Below the pieces are notes generated by a model that was not told the origin of the DNA, searched no databases, and worked only from the letters and a program-made list of their open reading frames with translations. Of a stretch of DNA of 43,363 bases, positions 17,682-27,409 are shown in pieces. The position numbers and the translations under genes were made by a program. The stretch spans positions 1-43,363 of the forward strand of contig JBBCAW010000028.1 in the NCBI GenBank assembly GCA_051382295.1. The letters are read 5' to 3'. The first letter of the stretch is position 1; each line of letters opens with the position of its first letter. The stretch is from Bdellovibrionota bacterium FG-1. Lineage in GTDB: Bacteria > Bdellovibrionota > UBA1018.

Positions 17682-19028
17682 TTATTGTTGTGTGGAACTA
17701 CAAAACATCCCATCCGCGCAGTCATTCATCCTCGCCGCATGTGACGCCCTGGTCTCGGTCCCGCTCTGCGTAACAAGGTTCGACCGCGTGGCTTCGTCCT
17801 GCGCCGCGAGCCCCTCGGCGGTGATGTATTGCATGACCTCACCCACTGGTTTGGCCTGCTCCTGCCGGAGCCGGAGCGTGAGATCGACCTGGTCCTTGAG
17901 CGACTGGCGTTTCTGCTCGATCTCCAGCTTGCGGTTGGGCGGTAGATTTGGATTCTGTGCGGCCACCGTGAGTACGTCGATCGAGCGATTCATATCGCGG
18001 CTAAACGCCTGCATTGCCATCGCCTGCGAGAGCTTCAGGCAGACACGGTCGCGCCGCAGCTTGGGAAGATAGGATAGATTTCTGACCACATCTGGCGTGA
18101 GCATGGGCGTTTCTTCCTCGCCTGACGCTGACGGCAGCGCCTTCATCCGACGAGCAATCTCGTCATCAGGAATGAACTGCGCGCTTGTCGCGAGCTCGGG
18201 CAGGAGCTTTCCGCAAAACGCCTGGGAAATCTGCTCCTCCATCGAAAGAAGGTAGGATCTCGGTGAATAAGCGTGCGCGCGCGGACCATATTCGACGCGC
18301 ACGTTTCCGTTCGTAAGTACGGTATCGCCCACGATTGATTGAAGAAGTCCGGTGACCCGGTCGCCCTCGGCACCTGAGAAACCGGCCCAACGAGTTGAAT
18401 CCGCGAGAAGTTGATTGGGACGATTGGGGTCGTCAGACCGCCCGGCCCACGCGCCAGCCTTTTTCTCAAAGACTCCATTTTGGCAAGAAGCCATGGCCGA
18501 CTCCATGTCGCCGCCATTGGCCTCGATCGAGCGATGAACACAGGACTGGCGTTCGCGGTAATAATCCTCAACGCGCGAATCGACGTACTTATCCATGATC
18601 TGGCACTGGTTCAGGCGAAGGCCCGCGATGAAATTTGCGGAGACCTGAGTGTGCTTGAGGATCGCGCACCAGGTTGGCGACATATAGCAAGCCGCGAGCA
18701 TCGGCGCGCTTCCTAGAATGTCCTGCGCCATTCCCTTGAAGTAATCTCCATTCAAGACCTTACCAAACGCAGCGCGAAGGGTTCCGTCGATGCTGATCTT
18801 GCCGCAATCTGCGCCGATGGCGAGATTTACGCCGAGGTCGATCGGCTTCATCATCTCAAATAGATCATTGCGCCTCTCTGGATTGGGCGCATAAAGATAA
18901 TCTTGGGGCTTTAGGCGACCCTGCCAGCGCGCGTCTGCGCCTGCGAACCCGAAGCTGTCAGCAGCGAAAGCACTGGGGTTTGCGACAACGAGCGCTGTGA
19001 TCCACGCAAATCTTAGCATTGGCTTCAT
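17682..19028 (-). CDS. TraH-like periplasmic T4SS protein
   Basis: Signal peptide, GADCGKISID (compare TraH AGCGGID), cysteine-rich, coiled-coil C-terminus; follows traC. Confidence 0.55.
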   Translation of the reverse strand: MKPMLRFAWITALVVANPSAFAADSFGFAGADARWQGRLKPQDYLYAPNPERRNDLFEMMKPIDLGVNLAIGADCGKISIDGTLRAAFGKVLNGDYFKGMAQDILGSAPMLAACYMSPTWCAILKHTQVSANFIAGLRLNQCQIMDKYVDSRVEDYYRERQSCVHRSIEANGGDMESAMASCQNGVFEKKAGAWAGRSDDPNRPNQLLADSTRWAGFSGAEGDRVTGLLQSIVGDTVLTNGNVRVEYGPRAHAYSPRSYLLSMEEQISQAFCGKLLPELATSAQFIPDDEIARRMKALPSASGEEETPMLTPDVVRNLSYLPKLRRDRVCLKLSQAMAMQAFSRDMNRSIDVLTVAAQNPNLPPNRKLEIEQKRQSLKDQVDLTLRLRQEQAKPVGEVMQYITAEGLAAQDEATRSNLVTQSGTETRASHAARMNDCADGMFCSSTQQ

Positions 19029-21667
19029 GTTGCGCCTCCTTGTTCCGGCGCGAGTGCCTCGACCATCAATCCCTCCGTCGTGCCTTCCGGATATCGCGCG
19101 ACCAAATCCTCGAGCGCACGATGCGGTTCAGTCGGGAATGCCTTCAAAGTACGTTCGGCTTCCAAGGCATCAGGCCGATGGGTGGGCATGAGCCATAATT
19201 CGTGTGCCGAAGGAACACTGCGGAATACCCCAGCGAGAGCCTGTGTCTTGTGAATGTAAAACGCATCGGCGTAGCGCCCGCGCTCGGTGCGCAGGCTTTT
19301 TACGATCTGGGTCGCCGCCTCACCCAATAGCTCCGAGTTCTTCGCAATAAAGTTCACGTTGTCGTCTTTCATCGAGAGGAAGAGAAAGTGGTCCGCCACG
19401 GCCCACATCGCTTGACCTGCTGCCGTGTCGAAATAGTTTCTAGGATTTGGGGTCAGACCGATCAAATAAAACCCGAGCTTCCGAAACGTCTCAGCCGCGT
19501 CGATGACAAAGTCCTTCGCAACGGGGTTGTTGCGCCCGAGCATCCCGAGTTCTTCGATCACGATGAACCCACCGCGGCTTCTGGCCTCGTCGTTCTTGAT
19601 CTTGCGGCGAATGTCATCAACCACGCTCATGGTCATCAGCGTCTGGAGCACGGGCTCGCCGGAAAGGGCGTCCAGGTCATAAACATAGAGATCGGCCAGG
19701 CGGTCGGAACCTTTGCGACGCTCCGATCCACGGAAAAACGGGCCAAAAACGCCGTCTGAGTAGAAGGGCCGCAGTTTTTTGGCGAGATCATCGACAGCTT
19801 GGCCGTATTTCTCGAACTCGGGCTGACCGGTCAAGGTGCCAAGCTGAGAAATTACATCGTCTATGCACACGTCGGAAGCGGCGTCCCCGCCGCCCGCAGC
19901 GGCATCGAGAAGTTCACCGGCAACATATCGGACGCCTGCCGTTTGGGTCCGCACCTCGTATGCCTGTCGAATCGCCTGCGTGATGCAGGTCGTGTGCTCA
20001 GAGTCGAACTCGAACTTGGGTGAAGTCAGTTGAATCGCGGCGGTCAGGAGTTTGACGAGAAAGCCTAGCTTTTCCTCGTCTAGGACGCCGCGAAACGGCG
20101 AAAACGGCATGGGCTTGCCATGCTCGAAAACAGTAAGCTCTGACGGCAGAAATTTCGAGACCATCCCGTAGCTCGTCTTGTGGTCGATGACGAAGATCAG
20201 CGGCTTGGGGTCTCGCCGCAGCTCACCCAGGAGCATCAGGATAACTTGGCCGCTTTTGCCTGAACCCGTATCGCCCAAGACGGCGGTCATGTGCGAGTTG
20301 CCGTGAGTCCGAAGCGAAAAAGGCACGATGCCGTTTTCCCGCGATAAAAAAAGCGACCCACCGCCAGCCACCATCGGGCAGCCGCGAAAAGTATCAAAGA
20401 CCGGACAGAAATGAACGATATCAGAGGCTAGGATCTTTACGCCCCGTTGGGCGGTGTAATCCGCGATTGGATGATACTGGAGCGGCAACGAATTGAGCCA
20501 CAGGCCAAAACCGATTTCTTTTTCGACGAGCGCCTCGCATTCCAGCCGTTGCTGAAAACGGGCCAGACATTCCTGCGTGCGTTGATCGAGGTCGTCTTGA
20601 GAGTCACCTTCGATCAAGAGAGTGAACGTCATGCGCAGCACGCGGTCATCGCGGAGAAGTTGGTCTTGCAGACCCTCGATCTCGGCTTTCTGCCGCCTGG
20701 CACGGGCGGTAGGCGTATTTTGAAGAAAAAACTCCTTCAAGGCGAAGTGACGTTTGACTGCTGCCGATTTCGGAAAGGACACGTTAACGGAGAGACGAAA
20801 TGGAAAATCGAGGCCGAGGAAATAGGCCATGGCCCCAGGGTACGCAAACGACGGAGCATTTTTGAGGGAGATCGTGCGCGTGGTCACGCCCTCGCGGGTT
20901 ATCCCCGGATAATCGACCCGGCTGGGACAGAAGATAACCTGCTCCGAAAGTGATAGGCCCGGATTCACTGGCGAGAAGGGGCGCTTGTAATACGTTACCG
21001 GGTTGAACGTCCTTCGCAAAAAATCGGTCAGATCGGCTGAATTGAGCCGCTTGAGTGGCAGCGGTGAGGTCAGCTCAAACTGCGACAACGAATGATTGAA
21101 GGCTCGCGCTTGCCTCAGAAAACTCTGAAGCTCGTTCGAGAGGGTTGCATGAGTATTGCCAATCTCGGAGGCGACGCGACCGAGTTTAGCTTTCGCGGAA
21201 GAAGTTTTCTCAAACTGCCGCACTGAAAGATAGAGCGTGCGTCGCATAGGCACTCCGCTGCCACGCAGTCGCTCGACCTGGGCGAGATGTAGGCTTGCCG
21301 GTACGTCGCCGCGACTCCGGTCGGCCCCGGTCACGCTGCGATCCCATTCGCGATCAAACGGCGAGATAACCGACTGATCGAAGAGCAGCGACAGCGTGAC
21401 ATCATCGGGAAGTCTAAACCACGAACGAAGACCCTCCAGCAATGTCACGATCTCTTGAGACGTTTTGGTTTCGTGTTCACAAAGCGCAACCTCATATACG
21501 ACACCTAAAGAGCCATCTTTCTGCCGAAATAATCCAAGTTCCGCGACATATTCGTCATAGGTCAGGAAGTTCGCTAAGCTATCGGGGCGCTCCAGGAACG
21601 CACGAGCGAAAACTTCGTGCTTCGATAATGCGTCGTGAAGGATCTTAGGAAGATCGGTCGTTTTCAT
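19025..21667 (-). CDS. traC: TraC/VirB4 ATPase
   Basis: 880 aa; Walker A GDTGSGKS, FVIDHK.SY, IEELG, FRKLG; NSLPL motif. Confidence 0.85.
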   Translation of the reverse strand: MKTTDLPKILHDALSKHEVFARAFLERPDSLANFLTYDEYVAELGLFRQKDGSLGVVYEVALCEHETKTSQEIVTLLEGLRSWFRLPDDVTLSLLFDQSVISPFDREWDRSVTGADRSRGDVPASLHLAQVERLRGSGVPMRRTLYLSVRQFEKTSSAKAKLGRVASEIGNTHATLSNELQSFLRQARAFNHSLSQFELTSPLPLKRLNSADLTDFLRRTFNPVTYYKRPFSPVNPGLSLSEQVIFCPSRVDYPGITREGVTTRTISLKNAPSFAYPGAMAYFLGLDFPFRLSVNVSFPKSAAVKRHFALKEFFLQNTPTARARRQKAEIEGLQDQLLRDDRVLRMTFTLLIEGDSQDDLDQRTQECLARFQQRLECEALVEKEIGFGLWLNSLPLQYHPIADYTAQRGVKILASDIVHFCPVFDTFRGCPMVAGGGSLFLSRENGIVPFSLRTHGNSHMTAVLGDTGSGKSGQVILMLLGELRRDPKPLIFVIDHKTSYGMVSKFLPSELTVFEHGKPMPFSPFRGVLDEEKLGFLVKLLTAAIQLTSPKFEFDSEHTTCITQAIRQAYEVRTQTAGVRYVAGELLDAAAGGGDAASDVCIDDVISQLGTLTGQPEFEKYGQAVDDLAKKLRPFYSDGVFGPFFRGSERRKGSDRLADLYVYDLDALSGEPVLQTLMTMSVVDDIRRKIKNDEARSRGGFIVIEELGMLGRNNPVAKDFVIDAAETFRKLGFYLIGLTPNPRNYFDTAAGQAMWAVADHFLFLSMKDDNVNFIAKNSELLGEAATQIVKSLRTERGRYADAFYIHKTQALAGVFRSVPSAHELWLMPTHRPDALEAERTLKAFPTEPHRALEDLVARYPEGTTEGLMVEALAPEQGGAT

Positions 21668-22131
21668 TGGGTGGCGGCCTCCGGTGCGGCGGATAATTTA
21701 GGCGCAGGCGGCGTAGATTTTTGGCTCCTGTGTTTGCGCGGATGCTTACCTTTGGTTTCGCGGATTCCTGCCACGGGTGGCGCGTCTTCGTCGGTTGGGT
21801 CGAGCACCCACTGATCTTGCGCGACGAGAAGAAAGACGTAGCCGCCCCAAAAATAATCCCGTGTCGGCAGCTCATGCGGAAAGATGTAGACCTTGGCCAC
21901 GCGAGGGGCAGCTCGCTGCAAAACTGAGCCTTGGGCGTGCCGACCACGCTGATAAAGCGCGACTTCCTCATCATCCGGCGCGTCTCCGTACCCCGCCCTG
22001 TTGTCGAGCATCCTGACATAGGGCGCGCGGTTCACACAGCCACCGCCAAGCGCCAGGACCAACCAAAGTGACGCAATCGCACTACTCCATAATCCGCGTG
22101 AAATACGAATAGATCGTTGTATTCTGGGCAT
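21664..22131 (-). CDS. traV: TraV outer-membrane lipoprotein
   Basis: Lipobox-like GGGC; R..PRVAKVYIFPH...D...GGYVF.LV...W; GAAGGA RBS. Confidence 0.75.
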   Translation of the reverse strand: MPRIQRSIRISRGLWSSAIASLWLVLALGGGCVNRAPYVRMLDNRAGYGDAPDDEEVALYQRGRHAQGSVLQRAAPRVAKVYIFPHELPTRDYFWGGYVFLLVAQDQWVLDPTDEDAPPVAGIRETKGKHPRKHRSQKSTPPAPKLSAAPEAATQ

Positions 22132-23467
22132 GTCCAATTCCTTCCTCGCCGTTTTGAGCAAAATAATCTTTGGGGAGATCCACTGAATCCTGCATGATGA
22201 TCCAGACATCCTGACCGGAGCCGACGTTAATGGTGGGCAATAGATTTTGTGCCTGTTTGAGATACCACTGCGTGACCATCGAGGCGGCTTCAGCAGCACC
22301 ACCCGCACCGATGTATTTCGCCTGGTCGCCCGTAACCATAGACTGACCGCCGCCTAACGGCGTCGCCTGTTGCGTCGTCTGTGCTTGTTGAACGGCCTTG
22401 CTGATACCAGTTACGACACTCGATAAAAACCCCATGGCCGCGACGCGATCCTGCTTGGTGTTTACAGTTCCCATGACCGCAAATGAATTGTCCGCGTCAT
22501 CGGCAACGAAACCATTGACCTCGCGCTCGAAGAAACCACCCTTTTTAGATACGCATGAAAGTTTCACGGCCTGCATTTGCACGCGCTCTGTCGAAAGATC
22601 GCCTTGGGCCTTAGCGATTGCAAAGCAGCCCGTGAGATCCAGGCGCTTGTGGTTTGGAATGACATAGGCAAAATCAAGTTGGAGAAGAGCTGGATAAGTC
22701 TTGCCCTCGGGCGCCTCGACACCCGTCAGGAGCTTTGCTTTGACGTAACTTCCGGTCGGCAGCACCACGCTCGGACGTTTCAGATAGACCGCGCCCGACG
22801 TCTTCACGGGAAAAGACACGACATTGACACCCGGCTTGCCACCTCGGCGCGATTTGTCGATTCCCGAGAATGCAGAGGTGCCCATTCCGGCTCCTGTTCG
22901 CATTGGGCCAGCCTGGGAAATAGACGTCGCATCGCGCATTGGTGTCTTGCTGTAGTCATCGGTTGGCGCTCCGAGGCGAATCGCGGGTGCGCCGGACTGT
23001 CCGACCGGGGGAGTGGCCGCCATCGTTTCGGGCGCCGGTGGTCCATAGAGAGTTGGCGAAGACGGGGCTCCGGGCAGAGGTGGCGCGGACTGCGTGTTGG
23101 CCGCCGGTACTCCCGCTAGTGTAGGCGGAGTACCAGGCGCACCAGCTCCCGGCTGTATCTGGCTGAGCTGACCACGCAGTTTGGTCACCTCCTCTTGGAG
23201 ATGTTTTTGCTTTTCGAGAATCTCTTTTTGTTGGCGGCTGAAAAGGGTCTGCTCGCCCTGAAGCACCTTTTCTCCGGGGTTTCCGAGGATGCTGGCGTGT
23301 TTGAAATCAGGAACTCCATCGGTACGAACCAGAATCCTCGTGGACTCGGCTCCGGTCGCATAAGACAGAAACACGGCTATCGCAGCTACGCCGCCAGCCA
23401 GAGCCAGGGGCTTTCGATGCGTTCGGATTGCTGCTTGAATGCGGGGCAAGTCGCGATCAAGCCTCAT
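22082..23467 (-). CDS. traB: TraB/VirB10
   Basis: N-terminal TM, coiled coil, Pro-rich linker, LPTGSYVKAKLLTGV.AP, DLTGCF...A.GDLSTER. Confidence 0.9.
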   Translation of the reverse strand: MRLDRDLPRIQAAIRTHRKPLALAGGVAAIAVFLSYATGAESTRILVRTDGVPDFKHASILGNPGEKVLQGEQTLFSRQQKEILEKQKHLQEEVTKLRGQLSQIQPGAGAPGTPPTLAGVPAANTQSAPPLPGAPSSPTLYGPPAPETMAATPPVGQSGAPAIRLGAPTDDYSKTPMRDATSISQAGPMRTGAGMGTSAFSGIDKSRRGGKPGVNVVSFPVKTSGAVYLKRPSVVLPTGSYVKAKLLTGVEAPEGKTYPALLQLDFAYVIPNHKRLDLTGCFAIAKAQGDLSTERVQMQAVKLSCVSKKGGFFEREVNGFVADDADNSFAVMGTVNTKQDRVAAMGFLSSVVTGISKAVQQAQTTQQATPLGGGQSMVTGDQAKYIGAGGAAEAASMVTQWYLKQAQNLLPTINVGSGQDVWIIMQDSVDLPKDYFAQNGEEGIGHAQNTTIYSYFTRIME

Positions 23468-24315
23468 TTGTCACCCTTTCCACTTTTGAGCGCGACCGGA
23501 AGGATGATGCGTTGTGAAGACGCTCCGGGACGCGCGACCACGCGAAGGTAGGCTTCGCGCTCTTCGGGAGTTTTCCCACCGATGATGCTGCGATCCACCT
23601 GGGCGAGAATCGCGAGGTTAGGCTGTCCGATGGCCAGTGCGTCGAGCGTGATCTCGAAGGAGCTTTCTTTGGAGCCTGTTTTTAGTAGATAGACATAGCC
23701 GTTCATGTCGTGACCCCGGTAAACCCGCTTCAGCTCAGCGGTAAGATTCGGGGAACCCAGCGAAATGGGCTTCGAGTAGTTCTCTGAATTGAACCCCGCC
23801 ACCTGATCGCCGCGAATCATCGCACGCATGAGATCGAGTTCGGAGATCACCATTGGATCGGCGTGGTCTTTGAGATTGGGATTTGTGTCGCCAAGGTCTT
23901 CTTTGGCCTTGAAGTCATAAATCGAATCGCGCTTGAGATTCGAGCGCGTTGCGACAACAAGTTGCGTGCGGATTGGCGTGCCGTCAGAGAGCAGGAAGGT
24001 TACGTCAGCGGAGCCCTCGGAGAATCTCGGTTTAACCGCTAAAACGCTGTAGTCGGACTCTTCTTGATTCGCGGGACGAATTTCGAAGCGGCTGGCCTCG
24101 GTGATCGTCTTTACTTCCATGGGAAACCGAAAAATTGTCTCTGTCCCGAAAGCCACGGGGATGGTTTCGCGCGCCTTCCCAAAAAGAACATCTCGGGCTG
24201 ATGCCGAATGAGTTACGCCGAACGACATCAGCAGCAGAGGCGGTAGAAACCGCGCAAAATAGACACTCAGGCGTGCCATTCGAGCCCCTGTTTTATCTGT
24301 CGAGTTACTTTCCAT
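23464..24315 (-). CDS. traK: TraK/VirB9-like protein
   Basis: Signal peptide, LMRAM..G motif, position between traE and traB. Confidence 0.7.
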   Translation of the reverse strand: MESNSTDKTGARMARLSVYFARFLPPLLLMSFGVTHSASARDVLFGKARETIPVAFGTETIFRFPMEVKTITEASRFEIRPANQEESDYSVLAVKPRFSEGSADVTFLLSDGTPIRTQLVVATRSNLKRDSIYDFKAKEDLGDTNPNLKDHADPMVISELDLMRAMIRGDQVAGFNSENYSKPISLGSPNLTAELKRVYRGHDMNGYVYLLKTGSKESSFEITLDALAIGQPNLAILAQVDRSIIGGKTPEEREAYLRVVARPGASSQRIILPVALKSGKGDK

Positions 24316-25156
24316 TTTGTCCCCCTTGCGTGAATCCAGATTTTACGCGAAATGCGTTTGCGTCCTGACTGGTGAGCTTGACGATTTCGAGATACCAGCG
24401 CTTTCCGGCTTTGGGCGGAACCAGCCGTAGGACCATCTCGATCACGATGTCGGTTGACCCCAGGTGCTCGTTGTTGGCATAGGTGTCTTTTCGGCCAACG
24501 GCAGTGACTTGGTAGTAGCCGTCCTGATTCGTGCGGATTTCTTTTTGAGTGATGCTCAGAATCTGCGCGATTGCCTCGGTCTTTACCCGCGCCACCCAGG
24601 TTGATGATTCCATCTTAAACTGAACCCGAAGCTCGGGACTCATGCTGTCGCCAAGTCGTGCGTATTGTTCGGCGACGTTGGCTGGTGCGAAGGTGCCAAA
24701 GGTCTGGAGAAAATCCATCGCGGCATTCTGAATGTGGGATTCCGGAACGCTCTGAGGAGCTACCGGCGTAAAATCGAGAACACCAGGCGCGAGGATGAAT
24801 TCCTTTTCCCGGAGCTTAGTGTTCAGGTGCGAGACCTCGATACGCGAGGTGAGAAAGAGCGCGACAAAGCCAACTGACACGAGGGCCAGCGCGTACTGAA
24901 GAGACAGTTTTTCTCTCATGAGTGCGGCCCGGTAGCAGATATACTTGGGAAGCACCCGCAGATCGACGCCGCCTACAATATAAGCAGGCGGGGTTTGAAG
25001 GCGCGCTGCCTCGAAGCCTTTTTCCATTGGCCCAATGACGTGGGAGTGGAGGGCAAGGGCGGCCTTGTGGCTTGCGCGCGACACGGCGGCTTTTGCGGTG
25101 GCCCCGGCTTGTCCCGACTTTGTCTTGAGCTTCGTGATCCAATCAGTAGATTCCAT
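24305..25156 (-). CDS. traE: TraE-like protein
   Basis: Single TM followed by ILAPG and a VirB8-like periplasmic domain; gene order L-E-K-B. Confidence 0.7.
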   Translation of the reverse strand: MESTDWITKLKTKSGQAGATAKAAVSRASHKAALALHSHVIGPMEKGFEAARLQTPPAYIVGGVDLRVLPKYICYRAALMREKLSLQYALALVSVGFVALFLTSRIEVSHLNTKLREKEFILAPGVLDFTPVAPQSVPESHIQNAAMDFLQTFGTFAPANVAEQYARLGDSMSPELRVQFKMESSTWVARVKTEAIAQILSITQKEIRTNQDGYYQVTAVGRKDTYANNEHLGSTDIVIEMVLRLVPPKAGKRWYLEIVKLTSQDANAFRVKSGFTQGGQNGK

Positions 25157-25168
25157 GGGCGCCTCCGC

Positions 25169-25480
25169 TCAATCCGACATCGGCTGGTTTCGACCTGGAT
25201 TGACGAGTCCAGGCAACTGCGTTCCGAAACGGCTATAAGGCCAATGAAAGACCATCCCGCGATTGAAGTTTCGCCGAACGTAAGGAAGGCCAGCGAGCGC
25301 CAGGACGAGCAGCACGCAGAGAATCACCCACTGATAGAAGATGGCTCCAAAAATCAGGATCAATCCGAGGGCAACAAATACTTCGGATAACTCCCAAAAC
25401 TCTAGGACCATGACTGGCGAGTCGAGCGTCTGACTCACAGGACGTCCGAGGCGGCGTTTCATTTCGGTATAATCACGCAT
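25169..25480 (-). CDS. traL: TraL
   Basis: TLDSP..VLEFWE, two TM segments, GMVFHWPY; GGAG RBS before ATG 25480. Confidence 0.75.
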   Translation of the reverse strand: MRDYTEMKRRLGRPVSQTLDSPVMVLEFWELSEVFVALGLILIFGAIFYQWVILCVLLVLALAGLPYVRRNFNRGMVFHWPYSRFGTQLPGLVNPGRNQPMSD

Positions 25481-26003
25481 TGCCTGACTCCCGATCTGCG
25501 GCGGGCCTAGTCTCTGGCATCTTGAATCGAGCGACGTACTGATCGCGGTTGATGAACTCGACCTGCGAGAAGACGCTGCTTGAACCGCTGATTGAGAAAA
25601 TGTTTTTGACCCATGTTGGAGCGGTTCCGAACAGGAGTGCGGAGACAATTGCGACGACGGCACTTCCGAATCGGGCCTCTTTTAAACTCCAGGCGGCGCC
25701 GCCAACACAAAGGCCGCAAAGGAGTCGCGCCACCCATCCGAAAATTGCCGTGTCGAGAAATTTAAGAAGAGTGCCGGCGCCTTCCATCTGAGCAGATATG
25801 TCATCGCCGGGGAGGCGAACGGTACCGGCGAACGCGGTATATGGATCGAGCACCATCACGAACACATAGACCATGACGGCAAGTTCTATGATGATCAGGA
25901 CCGGTGCGAGTCGATAGATAAAGTCGATGGCGCCGACGAGCCATCGATCCACCCAGGTTAGATCGGGATGATGGGACAAGATTTGCGATTCCGTGGTTTT
26001 CAT
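25473..26003 (-). CDS. Pilin (TraA/VirB2-like) precursor
   Basis: Long leader ending AFA, two hydrophobic helices, first gene before traL; GAGAGG RBS. Confidence 0.65.
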   Translation of the reverse strand: MKTTESQILSHHPDLTWVDRWLVGAIDFIYRLAPVLIIIELAVMVYVFVMVLDPYTAFAGTVRLPGDDISAQMEGAGTLLKFLDTAIFGWVARLLCGLCVGGAAWSLKEARFGSAVVAIVSALLFGTAPTWVKNIFSISGSSSVFSQVEFINRDQYVARFKMPETRPAADRESGNA

Positions 26004-26040
26004 TTTGGCCTCTCTCTTTCTCAAAGCTGCAAACGAGAAG

Positions 26041-26161
26041 AGCAGAGACCGTGCCAGCGCAGGGCTTTCGGTAAGTGCGCGAGATGATGATGGTCAGGGT
26101 TTTTTGGCTAACGTGATTTCAGTGGGAAAGTCTACGTGGTGAGACTTGCGCGTAGACTTTC
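26041..26161 (-). promoter_or_regulatory. Sigma54 promoter P2 (pilin-traH operon) with IHF-like site and UAS
   Basis: TGGCACGGTCTCTGCT at 26056-26041; IHF-like site at 26072; palindrome at 26126-26161. Confidence 0.88.
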
Positions 26162-26463
26162 AGGGGCTCAGTTGAAGTGATAGTGACGGTACTCAGCCGC
26201 AAGACGATCCGGCATGATGGCGTCCTTCGATCGCGGGTCCGCGAGAACGCGATAACACGTCCCATCTCAGTTTTCCGCATCCGGTGGACGTGCGATCTTT
26301 TCCCTTGGCTCTGGACTTGCGACTCTGGCTTATTGCTCTTTTCCATCTCGTCGAATATGCCGTTCAGGCGGTCGAGTTGTTCTTGCGTCAACGGTCGCCG
26401 ACGGATCGCCTTCAGTCGCGCGGCTAGGGTTGCAAACGGCTTCTTTGCTCTTGGATTCTTCAT
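26119..26463 (-). CDS. Possible small basic protein overlapping the P2 UAS
   Basis: Plausible helical N-terminus; 3' part runs through the regulatory palindrome. Confidence 0.3.
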   Translation of the reverse strand: MKNPRAKKPFATLAARLKAIRRRPLTQEQLDRLNGIFDEMEKSNKPESQVQSQGKRSHVHRMRKTEMGRVIAFSRTRDRRTPSCRIVLRLSTVTITSTEPLKVYAQVSPRRLSH

Positions 26464-26551
26464 TTCAAGTCACTCTTTTACCTGCCACCAAGATAACTCG
26501 AAAAACAGCGTCACAACGGCTTGATATTACTCATAATTACATATTCGTACA

Positions 26552-27409
26552 TCATCTTTTGTCCGAAAGTGCCCCCAACACCGCCGCTGCCGTCTGATAC
26601 CCCTGCATCTTGAAGAACGACTTCTTCTGAATATCCCCAATCAGCAACACCGGCACGCTCTCGATCCCGTATCGCTTCAGCTCCTCGGGCGGCGCCGGAC
26701 TCACTGGGAACGGAATTTTAGCGCGTGCGGCCTCGTCGCGATCAACTTGTCGCAGTTCGATCCAATAACCGAGCGCGGAAAGCTCGCGGATTGTCGTTGA
26801 GAGCATGTGCTCGCAATGCGGACAGTGGGAGTCGAAATAGAGCCGCAACCGAAACCGCTTGGCGTCGGGACGTGGCGCAGGTGCTCCGCCAATCCGAGCC
26901 GATGCGCGCGCGACGGCCGCCGGGGCCTCGGCAGCAGCGCTGACCATGGCCGCCGGTAGTGCCGGCATGTTTGGCGGCAAACTCTGGCCGTGGTTCGCGG
27001 CGTAGGCCGTGAGCTTTTCTTGAAGCCGGTGAAGAAGCTGATTCTTCGTTTCCAGGTAGTGAAACCAATTTTCGATATTCGAGTCCGTGGGATTACGGGC
27101 GATCTCCATGAACGGCGCGGGCGGTGTGTAATCGCCTTCGCGGAAAAACTCGTCGTTCTTGGGGTCACTATATTTCTGCCACGGAAACGTGCCCACACCT
27201 GGCTGCGCTGCCCCCTTTGTGGGGGCCGCCAGCGGTCGAACCGCACCCAGTGTCGATGTTGCGCCGCCTTTCGGTGCAGCCTGCTTCCAGTAATCTAGAT
27301 CCGGCTCGCCAAAATACGAAAACTCCGAGCCCGCCGCGAGCGCGTTGACGGTGAGAAGCAGCATGTAGAGCGGCCCGGCGCAGAGACTACGCCGCTGAGA
27401 GGATCTCAT
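26552..27409 (-). CDS. TraF-like thioredoxin-domain pilus assembly protein
   Basis: Signal peptide, ARNPT..NI..W TraF-like motif, LYFDSHCPHC CxxC, YGIESVP; GAGGTG RBS. Confidence 0.7.
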   Translation of the reverse strand: MRSSQRRSLCAGPLYMLLLTVNALAAGSEFSYFGEPDLDYWKQAAPKGGATSTLGAVRPLAAPTKGAAQPGVGTFPWQKYSDPKNDEFFREGDYTPPAPFMEIARNPTDSNIENWFHYLETKNQLLHRLQEKLTAYAANHGQSLPPNMPALPAAMVSAAAEAPAAVARASARIGGAPAPRPDAKRFRLRLYFDSHCPHCEHMLSTTIRELSALGYWIELRQVDRDEAARAKIPFPVSPAPPEELKRYGIESVPVLLIGDIQKKSFFKMQGYQTAAAVLGALSDKR